Below, one piece after another: positions 57,035 to 64,000 of a DNA stretch of 64,000 nucleotides. The stretch spans positions 186,001-250,000 of the IMG/VR virus record IMGVR_UViG_3300042564_002819, one strand, 5' to 3'. Both the position numbers and the translations under genes were made by a program. How positions within the stretch are numbered: the stretch's first letter is position 1; each line of letters opens with the position of its first letter. The notes beneath the pieces were generated by a model. It did no database searches and was not told the DNA's origin. It saw only the letters and a list, made by a program, of their open reading frames with translations.

Positions 57035-57154
57035 TTATTCAATCTCCAAAATTAGTTTTCTAGCAAGATCATGATATCCTTGTCTTGCAAGTTCAGCAGA
57101 TGCTCTAGTACGGCCAACACGTTCAAAGAAGTTGGCAATACGATGCCACATCAT
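57035..57154 (-). CDS. small protein (39 aa)
   Basis: GR.RA.AELARQGY; coupled within small-ORF chain. Confidence 0.5.
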   Translation of the reverse strand: MMWHRIANFFERVGRTRASAELARQGYHDLARKLILEIE

Positions 57155-57212
57155 TTGCCGCCTTTTTTCTTTTCGCTGTAATCGCGATAGTAACTGTGAT
57201 CTGGATCTATCA

Positions 57213-57377
57213 TCATGTCCACCCTGCTAGATTTTGATTTGCTCGGATCTGCCACGGTGCTTCGTGACGATCGATTCTTCTAATACGATTCTCTAAATCA
57301 ACAAGATCAACTGCCTCAGCTAGGTATTCTTCGATCTGATCTTTTTCAGTTCTTGCTTTGAATAGATTTTTAAACAT
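57213..57377 (-). CDS. DUF3563-like small protein
   Basis: EEYLAEAVDL.DLE.R.R..D; AAGGAGG SD. Confidence 0.6.
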   Translation of the reverse strand: MFKNLFKARTEKDQIEEYLAEAVDLVDLENRIRRIDRHEAPWQIRANQNLAGWT

Positions 57378-57540
57378 AGCGAGCCTCCTTGCCATAAGCA
57401 GCCTCTAATGCAATTTGCTCAATCGAACTATGACTTAATCCCAAGTCCTTGAGTTGATGCACAGTCAACGAACTGAGTTCTTTGTAGGTTTTTCTGTAGG
57501 TTCGGTTTCTAGCATACCATTCTGTCAACAGTGATATCAT
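57370..57540 (-). CDS. DUF1127 (YjiS-like) small protein (56 aa)
   Basis: R.YR.T..EL..L...QL.DLGL....I; not in ORF track. Confidence 0.7.
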   Translation of the reverse strand: MISLLTEWYARNRTYRKTYKELSSLTVHQLKDLGLSHSSIEQIALEAAYGKEARYV

Positions 57541-57707
57541 CGTGTTACTCCAAATTTAGGAGCAACCCCGTACTGCTTCATATGAAAGTATGCGTATTCA
57601 GCATCCTTCTTGTATTCGGTGCGAGCCCATATGGCCAGATCACGATCTGACATAGTGGGTTTAGTGATTTTGGTTATACTATCAAAAAGTTTTAGTGTTA
57701 ACATCAT
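57537..57707 (-). CDS. small protein (56 aa, WARTEY..D..YAY)
   Basis: ATGA coupling to DUF1127 gene. Confidence 0.5.
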   Translation of the reverse strand: MMLTLKLFDSITKITKPTMSDRDLAIWARTEYKKDAEYAYFHMKQYGVAPKFGVTR

Positions 57708-57899
57708 TTCTCTCTTTTGTTCTGTGTGTTTGTATATCTGTGTTCAAATGCAGAATTATGCTGCACTTGCACACTATATTTACTATAAAATGTTGACAAA
57801 AACGAGCGTGATTATTGCAAAGACGATATGCGTGTAGTGCATAGCACAAAAACTTCTTGACAAATGCTACTACATAATAAATACTATAAGGACAAGGCA

Positions 57900-58154
57900 A
57901 TGAAGAAAAAAACACGTGGTATCTTAGAAGAACTTTCCAGTGTAGGTCGAAAAACTTACACTGATGAATTCATACAAACTACTGGAAGCAACCTTATTGA
58001 AAGTGCTGTTAATCTTTTGACAAAGATACATGAGACATATCCTGAAGAAGTTGCTATAGATTTGGAAAGACGTTTTCTAAATGCAATACGGGGGTCCAAT
58101 CCTCGTAAGTTTAGATACGGTGTTGAAAAAATAATAGAATCAAAAAAGAAGTAA
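57900..58154 (+). CDS. late hypothetical protein
   Basis: ATAAATA; AAGG SD. Confidence 0.6.
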   Translation: MKKKTRGILEELSSVGRKTYTDEFIQTTGSNLIESAVNLLTKIHETYPEEVAIDLERRFLNAIRGSNPRKFRYGVEKIIESKKK

Positions 58155-58156
58155 AA

Positions 58157-58837
58157 ATGGGCGGAAATGTATTCATAGATGTTGTGCCATTTGACCATTC
58201 TCAAATAGGTGCAATTGCAGAACATTTAGATTCTGTACTGTCTCAGATTGGAGTTTCTGTTATTCCAATTGGTAGTACAGCCAATCCGGTTGTAGGTAAA
58301 AAAAGCGGAGACTTCGACGTTCTTGTTGAAGAAAGAATCCTAGCACAGGTTTTCAATGAAGACAATCCTAGAAACATTAGAAAAAAATTAAAAGACTTAT
58401 TTGATAAGTCTGGCGATACAACTACATTAAATGGAATTGCCGTTCATGTACGAGTTCCAATTAACAACGAAGCTTATCAAGCAGATATATTAGTCACACC
58501 TCAGGCAAAAGAAGTAAGCAAGTTTCACATACACAAAATACCTGCCAATTCTAAGTACAAAGGTGTACATAAGCATCTTGCTATGATGTACCTTGCAAAA
58601 TCAAAAGGTTTGCTTTGGAGTGCGTTTCAAGGTTTGTTTAATAGAAACAAAGAAGGAAAACGTGGAGACTTTATAACTAACAAATTAGATACAATTGCTT
58701 ACTTGTTGATCGGAGTAAACGGTAAAGAACAAGACTTTGATTGTTTTGAAAGTATTGTAGCAGCACTTCCTGTTGATGTTGCAAATAAAATGATTGCAGA
58801 CTTGAAAGAAGATCCTAGCTGGAAAGAAATTGCATGA
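58157..58837 (+). CDS. Pol-beta-superfamily nucleotidyltransferase-like protein
   Basis: IGS.......SGDFDVLV and later QAD. Confidence 0.6.
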   Translation: MGGNVFIDVVPFDHSQIGAIAEHLDSVLSQIGVSVIPIGSTANPVVGKKSGDFDVLVEERILAQVFNEDNPRNIRKKLKDLFDKSGDTTTLNGIAVHVRVPINNEAYQADILVTPQAKEVSKFHIHKIPANSKYKGVHKHLAMMYLAKSKGLLWSAFQGLFNRNKEGKRGDFITNKLDTIAYLLIGVNGKEQDFDCFESIVAALPVDVANKMIADLKEDPSWKEIA

Positions 58838-59769
58838 AAATTTTTGAAGTAATTAGAAGTAATGAAATAAATCCTAACATGGCCAGAACAGCAGAGTTGA
58901 CAGCTGACTATGCTGACCGAGTAACACCAACCAATCACAAAATTGGCAACTGGAATATATTTGAAATTAAGCCTGGAGTACGTAGCCGTGCTGAATTAAT
59001 GCTATTTGTTGGGGTCGAAGACGGACCTAATGAATTACCTGAATTGTACGGACAGCTTGCATTACTAAAGCAACCGCACCAAGGCAAAGACTTTGTGTTT
59101 TCCGAAATATACTTTGATCCTGTTTTACAAGGAAAAGGAATTGCATTACAGTTGTACAAACTGGCTATAGAAAAATATGGATACACAATTGTAAGCGACA
59201 CCAGTCAAACAAAGGGCAGTGAAAAACTTTGGAATTCTCTTGCAAGAGATCCACGCATTAATGTTTATGCATGGGAAACCGATAGCGATTCTTTTAGAGA
59301 ATTTGACCCAGATGATCCAGACGATGTGTATTATGATCCTAGCGAAATAAACATACTTAAAAAAGAACTATCAGACATACAAGATCGTCTACATCAGCAA
59401 TACATGTCTGGCAATATCGACGACGATGAATACGGAAATTTATTAAAACAGTATGCTGATCCGATATATGACGACCTAGAAGCAATGGAAAGAGCACAAG
59501 ACACTCGTTTGGTTGCAACAGCAAAAAATATAAAGACAACAGTATCTGAGGCTGTACTCAACGAACAGCCAGTTCTTTCTAGTTGGATAACTGACATTAC
59601 CTTACAAAAAAATGAACGTGATGTCACAATGACATTGGGCAACGGACGTAGATATAAGGTTGCAAGTGTTGGCAGACCTGTGTATACTGCTTGGGTAAAC
59701 AGCAACTCTAAGGGAAAATTTTGGCACACAAATATCAAACGTCGTCATCGAGTATTGAGACTTTTGTAA
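58834..59769 (+). CDS. GNAT-like domain plus C-terminal KTSC-like domain protein
   Basis: LQGKGIA..LY, SD..QT.G...LW..L; C-terminal SS.I...Y.....VY..W..S.SKGKF...NIK. Confidence 0.55.
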   Translation: MKIFEVIRSNEINPNMARTAELTADYADRVTPTNHKIGNWNIFEIKPGVRSRAELMLFVGVEDGPNELPELYGQLALLKQPHQGKDFVFSEIYFDPVLQGKGIALQLYKLAIEKYGYTIVSDTSQTKGSEKLWNSLARDPRINVYAWETDSDSFREFDPDDPDDVYYDPSEINILKKELSDIQDRLHQQYMSGNIDDDEYGNLLKQYADPIYDDLEAMERAQDTRLVATAKNIKTTVSEAVLNEQPVLSSWITDITLQKNERDVTMTLGNGRRYKVASVGRPVYTAWVNSNSKGKFWHTNIKRRHRVLRLL

Positions 59770-60803
59770 AACCAAGAGTAGGCAGAGAATTTCAGCACCT
59801 TGAAGACCTGGTCTTTATTGAAGGGAGTGCGGGTGCAGAACGTGCATTGCATGTAATTAAAAATCTAAGAGAAGCTTCGGTTAAGTGGGACGGAAATCCT
59901 ACGATATATTGGGGACGCAATGCACTTGGACAGTTTGTACTTGTAAATAAAAATGCATGGGGCAAAGCTGAATGCACTAGCCCGGATATGCTAGAAGAAT
60001 TTATTCTAACTAGTGGCCGAGGAGAACCCTGGCGTCCTGCATTTGCAGAAAGTCTTGTGCGTATTTGGCCACTTTTAGAAGCAGCTACTCCAAAATGGAC
60101 ACAAGGATATGTGTACGGGGATTTGCTTTTCTATCCTAATCGCCCTGCACAAATTGCAAACGAGTCTGTAGAGTTTACTCCAAACAAAGTAACTTACAAA
60201 GTTAATACAAACACAGCATTGGGTGCAAAACTAGATGAAGCAAAAGTATGCATTGCTGCCCACAAGTTTTATCGCAAATTTGGAGATGCAGATGGTGTAT
60301 TCTTTCAGCATGAAAATGTGTATGAAAGCACAAGTGTATCTGTAATTACACAAACTAGAATTAAATCTAACATTGTAGTTGAGCAAAACAAAATTGCAAA
60401 ATTGCAAAACATAATTTCAGAGTCGGATATAGACAGTTTTCTTGCACCTATAGCAGGATTAGGCGATCTTAAAAATATTATCTATACATATGTAAATCAA
60501 ACAAGTAAAGCAGGAAAGTTAGATACACTAGGAGAAACTTTTTTTGATTGGCTAGCAACTTCAAAGGTGAGTCATCCAAAACAATCTAAGATCGCTAAAT
60601 TAGCTGAAGAGCATCCTTATGCATTGCCCACTATCTTTAATTTAGTAAAAGGTATCATGGAATTAAAAAATAATATAATCGAGCAGTTTGACTCTGTGTC
60701 AGAAATACAGTCGTACACACTAAACGAAAGCGGCGGCGAAGGATATATGATTCTTGATGAACAAATTAAGCTAGTGCCCAGACATCGATGGGTTCCTGAT
60801 TAA
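59721..60803 (+). CDS. ATP-dependent ligase-fold protein (DUF6267-like); start uncertain
   Basis: HLEDL, KWDG (motif I), YGDL, GEGY (IV), IKLV (V). Confidence 0.6.
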   Translation: MAHKYQTSSSSIETFVKPRVGREFQHLEDLVFIEGSAGAERALHVIKNLREASVKWDGNPTIYWGRNALGQFVLVNKNAWGKAECTSPDMLEEFILTSGRGEPWRPAFAESLVRIWPLLEAATPKWTQGYVYGDLLFYPNRPAQIANESVEFTPNKVTYKVNTNTALGAKLDEAKVCIAAHKFYRKFGDADGVFFQHENVYESTSVSVITQTRIKSNIVVEQNKIAKLQNIISESDIDSFLAPIAGLGDLKNIIYTYVNQTSKAGKLDTLGETFFDWLATSKVSHPKQSKIAKLAEEHPYALPTIFNLVKGIMELKNNIIEQFDSVSEIQSYTLNESGGEGYMILDEQIKLVPRHRWVPD

Positions 60804-60911
60804 TTCGTGTTTTAACCCCATTATCATAAGTATTTTTGCTTCTATGGTAAATAATAATAACAATACTTACGGAGCGTAAGTTTGTTGCCATAGAGTACAA
60901 GGAGATTTAAA

Positions 60912-61322
60912 ATGGCAGACGTATATTCAGTATCAGTTGGCGCAACTACAGTTGGCGCAAACGCTCGTGTAGCAAAAGCAAATTATGCATTTGGTACACC
61001 AAACCTAAAGTTCGTTAAAGTTGCAGCAGTTAACAGTGCCGCAGCAGTTAACTTTTCAGCAGAAACTGCAAACAGCAACTTCTACAAAGCACTAAATGCT
61101 CTACAAGGTTTTGCTGAAATTTATTGGGCAGATGGCGGCACTGAAGGTTTCATCGTAGCATACAATGAAAACACTGCAAACAGTGGTTCAGCAGCAACAC
61201 CATCAGTAAGCAACGGCTCATGGGGTGCAGCAGAAGCAGCAATTCTAGCAGCAATTGGTGCAGACACTTCATGCACAATCACAGCAGTTGATTTGGCAAC
61301 TAACGGTCTATCGATCGACTAA
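60912..61322 (+). CDS. abundant small virion protein
   Basis: GTAAATA promoter, AAGGAG SD, strong GCA/AAC codon bias, terminator after. Confidence 0.6.
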   Translation: MADVYSVSVGATTVGANARVAKANYAFGTPNLKFVKVAAVNSAAAVNFSAETANSNFYKALNALQGFAEIYWADGGTEGFIVAYNENTANSGSAATPSVSNGSWGAAEAAILAAIGADTSCTITAVDLATNGLSID

Positions 61323-61341
61323 TAGTTGTAAAACTAAAATC

Positions 61342-61372
61342 AAAGGGTTCGCGTTTTGCGGACCCTTTTTTT
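61342..61372 (+). terminator. rho-independent terminator
   Basis: AAAGGGTTCGC-GTTTT-GCGGACCC-TTTTTTT. Confidence 0.85.
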
Positions 61373-61391
61373 ATGACCGATAAGTAATGTT

Positions 61392-61793
61392 ATGAGATTT
61401 CAGTTATTAACACTTATAGATATTACACAGACTCGTGCTCGAAAAGGTGACGACAGTTTTTTACAAAAGCAACAGCAAAACTATCTTACTGCCATACAAA
61501 CTATAAGTATGCGAGCAAATCCAGAAATACGCACAACAACTAGTTGTGATGACAGAGATATAACAGGATTAGGTTTTGGCACATTGTATAAAGGCAACCA
61601 TCGAGTATGGAAACTAAATTTTAATTTTGAGTTTGACAACAGTCATTCAATTGACACATTAAAGTTTGATTTTAATTTAGTCCCTGTTATTAAAAACTTA
61701 AACGAAACAGTTGACTTAGAAGATGCTGCGTTTATAACAAGCTCAGAAGAACTCAACAACATAGTGTTTCTCAACTTAGACGATTTTACATAA
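61392..61793 (+). CDS. hypothetical late protein
   Basis: TLIDIT.T motif; GATAAGTA before ATG. Confidence 0.6.
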   Translation: MRFQLLTLIDITQTRARKGDDSFLQKQQQNYLTAIQTISMRANPEIRTTTSCDDRDITGLGFGTLYKGNHRVWKLNFNFEFDNSHSIDTLKFDFNLVPVIKNLNETVDLEDAAFITSSEELNNIVFLNLDDFT

Positions 61794-61866
61794 TATGATA
61801 AATATACAAAAGGCAAGAACAAAGGCATTTAAAAATATTCATTACTGTCGCAAAATGGAGAAATAA

Positions 61867-62106
61867 ATGTCGACTGCCTTAACAACTGACTTAGAAAAAG
61901 AAAGCCTTGAAGCACACGTTGATTTATGTGCATTAAGATATCAACAACTAGATAATCGTTTGACCAAGGTAGAAGGAAAACTTGATAGTATTTCTGCAGA
62001 AATGAAATCAGCCAACCAATCATTAGTCAAGGTTATAATCGGTGCCGCTGCTACTATTAGTTCTGGCTTGCTCGGAACAATCGTAGTAATGTTAATGAAA
62101 TTCTAA
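61867..62106 (+). CDS. coiled-coil protein with C-terminal membrane helix
   Basis: LEAHVDLCA.RY; hydrophobic C-terminus; GGAG SD. Confidence 0.6.
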   Translation: MSTALTTDLEKESLEAHVDLCALRYQQLDNRLTKVEGKLDSISAEMKSANQSLVKVIIGAAATISSGLLGTIVVMLMKF

Positions 62107-62123
62107 ACACGATAAATAACTTT

Positions 62124-62399
62124 ATGTTATTGCGTGAATTATTTGATCAACCTGTAAATGAAAAAGTAGTGTGGGGGAGAACTGGTAAATCAGTTGTTCG
62201 CAAATATCGTTGCTCCGGCGGGAAACGACACGGTCGTGTTGTTAGCAAAATGGCACAATGTTTTGCTCCACTTGACTTTAAACAGAGTGCAAGTTTTAAG
62301 CGAACCAAATCGAGATTTGGCAGACGCATGGCTAGAAAAGCTGGAAGAACAAAGCGTGTAAATCCTGCTAGTCGTAGAATACAAGCGTTGAACAGATAA
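62124..62399 (+). CDS. small basic late protein
   Basis: GATAAATA 5 nt before ATG; MLLREL. Confidence 0.6.
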   Translation: MLLRELFDQPVNEKVVWGRTGKSVVRKYRCSGGKRHGRVVSKMAQCFAPLDFKQSASFKRTKSRFGRRMARKAGRTKRVNPASRRIQALNR

Positions 62400-62428
62400 C
62401 AAACAGCGGACAGAAAGAAAATAAGATA

Positions 62429-62860
62429 ATGCGAGCAGATGAATTTATTAACAGCGACGAAAAGCTAGACGAAATATTACCTCTTATTGGAATGGCTGCC
62501 GGGGCGGCTGCTAGATCAGTAGCAGGCATGGCTGCTAAACAGGTTGGAAAAGCTGTAGCAGGCGCCGCTGCACAGAAAATAGGACAAAAAGTTGCCGGAA
62601 TGGCAGGCTCGCAAAAACAACCAACATTGCCCGGCGATAACACAGCCTATGCAGACGTTGATAGAGCAAAAGATGCTTTATTGCAACCGGGAAAAAAGTT
62701 AGTGCTTCCAACTCAAGCCGGAACCCCTCAAGCATTCAAGATTACAAAAGTAGCAGGCGATGAAGTAGAAATAGAAAACCCGGATGCAATTAAAGATCCT
62801 AGCCAGCCAGATAAAATTACTTATAACAAGCAAGATATTAAGAAATCGATATCAATATGA
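62429..62860 (+). CDS. probable internal head protein
   Basis: MRADEF...LDEILP, Ala/Gly-rich. Confidence 0.55.
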   Translation: MRADEFINSDEKLDEILPLIGMAAGAAARSVAGMAAKQVGKAVAGAAAQKIGQKVAGMAGSQKQPTLPGDNTAYADVDRAKDALLQPGKKLVLPTQAGTPQAFKITKVAGDEVEIENPDAIKDPSQPDKITYNKQDIKKSISI

Positions 62861-63063
62861 AATTTAATGAGTTAATTAAAGAATTTTCAATACAGATGAG
62901 CAATGAAGAAAAAACATTGCTTGACAAGATATCAAAACCGTGTTATGTTGAGTCATTCTCACAGAGAGAACAATATGTGATTGAAAACTTAATTAAAAAA
63001 AGTTTGCTTTCAAAGGTATATTATAAAGGTAGCACGGTAGTAATTCCAAATGAAAGACCTTGA
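62857..63063 (+). CDS. hypothetical protein
   Basis: Coupled ORF; MKFNEL. Confidence 0.55.
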   Translation: MKFNELIKEFSIQMSNEEKTLLDKISKPCYVESFSQREQYVIENLIKKSLLSKVYYKGSTVVIPNERP

Positions 63064-63478
63064 CATAGCTATTCAGGAACTTGAAGACATAATCGACTCT
63101 AAAATGAACAATTTTTCGTTGCCTTATAAAAAGGGCAACAGTGTCAGACTCGGACATATTGTCATAAGAAAAAGCAAAAATCTCGGATATATAGTATTCG
63201 ATACTAAACTAAACAAACCCATAACAACTACTTTTAGTATAACAGGGGCTCTTGCCGTAGCAAAAGCTTCTATTAAAAAGTCTCCAATTTATACTATTAT
63301 GAAATACGATAACATAATAGAAAAAAATTATAATGACAGTCAATTTTATTCTCACATCATACATGGAAACGCCAGCGAGTCTCGCAAAAAAGCAGTAGCT
63401 TCTCGTCTTGAAATATCGAAGACAAAAATCGATGCTGCAAAAAATGCTCTTGATGAGTTCATTATGAAAGATATGTGA
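63050..63478 (+). CDS. hypothetical protein
   Basis: Coupled ORF. Confidence 0.55.
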   Translation: MKDLDIAIQELEDIIDSKMNNFSLPYKKGNSVRLGHIVIRKSKNLGYIVFDTKLNKPITTTFSITGALAVAKASIKKSPIYTIMKYDNIIEKNYNDSQFYSHIIHGNASESRKKAVASRLEISKTKIDAAKNALDEFIMKDM

Positions 63479-63510
63479 TAAATAAATTAAACAATTCCAG
63501 GAACCCAACC

Positions 63511-64000
63511 ATGAACATAAGAGAATTTGCTAAACCAGTTACTGCTAAGTCGTTAAACGAAAGCCTTGCTGCTCGATTCGGACAAAAGATTAATTTAGAG
63601 CGTTTTACAATAGAACAGCTTCAAGATGCACGTAATAGATTGCGTACAAAACTAAGTCAAGTAGAAACAAACGAATCGTTTGACGCTGTTCATAATGAAA
63701 CTTATCAAAAATCAAAAATGATGCTTGATGTATTAAATGCTGCTCTTTCCGAAAGAGGACATGTTGAAGAAGACACTTCAACTAAGCGTTTAAGAGAAGG
63801 CGAAGAAGACAAAGCTGAATTGGTAATGTCAGCTAAAGACATGGTTGATCGTCTAACTGGTTGGATGGAAGATGTAGCAGAAATGCAAACAGAATCTATG
63901 CTTGAACTTGCTGACGCAATTCGCGACGAGCTAGGACAAGAATCTTCAGAAGCATTTGTTGGATTGGTAAAGCCTGCACTTGACAGCCTCTACCAAGCTA
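63511..64000 (+). CDS. acidic helical late protein, possibly prohead core (3' truncated by window)
   Basis: MNIREF...; GATAAATA and AGGA upstream; frame open to the window end. Confidence 0.55.
   Translation, partial: MNIREFAKPVTAKSLNESLAARFGQKINLERFTIEQLQDARNRLRTKLSQVETNESFDAVHNETYQKSKMMLDVLNAALSERGHVEEDTSTKRLREGEEDKAELVMSAKDMVDRLTGWMEDVAEMQTESMLELADAIRDELGQESSEAFVGLVKPALDSLYQA

Noticed and set aside
1-64000. Stop-codon reassignment, as in some large phages
   Set aside because: Recognisable enzymes are full length in the standard code and TAA, TAG and TGA all end genes.

Overview
This is a 64 kb segment of a large tailed-phage genome with T4-like replication genes (UvsW, primase, gp41 helicase, gp62-like clamp loader). 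Host-derived genes (KdsA/KdsB, Pal, Bfd, DUF1127, YqgE) suggest a Gram-negative, probably alphaproteobacterial, host. Layout: (1) 1-9.6 kb, glycosyltransferase and methyltransferase cluster including three KpsS/KpsC-like proteins; (2) 9.6-23.2 kb, replication genes interleaved with CMP-Kdo synthesis, a miniature DnaE-like protein and a carbamoyltransferase; (3) 23.8-41.7 kb, a GC-richer early or host-takeover region of about 50 small, mostly minus-strand genes, most with their own sigma70-type promoter, plus 3 tRNAs, bracketed by a 19-bp inverted repeat and repeat-rich noncoding blocks; (4) 42-64 kb, late-promoter (TAAATA) genes: probable internal head enzymes, virion and tail-fibre proteins, an NTase/ligase pair and head-assembly genes. 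The most striking signal is a 677-bp stretch (24775-25451) with no GA, GG, TC or CC dinucleotide. It still carries divergent promoters, one gene lacking D/E/G/P/W and the start of an Ocr-like gene, and the depletion persists to about 27.5 kb. It is a candidate modification-free or defence-invisible genome entry zone. Other signals: a polarised 11-mer (ACAGCGGGGCC, 8 copies), two related promoter-driven small ncRNA candidates, hairpin-embedded promoters and a shared T4-CTS-like N-terminal tag. All calls come from reading the sequence by eye; no database search was run.
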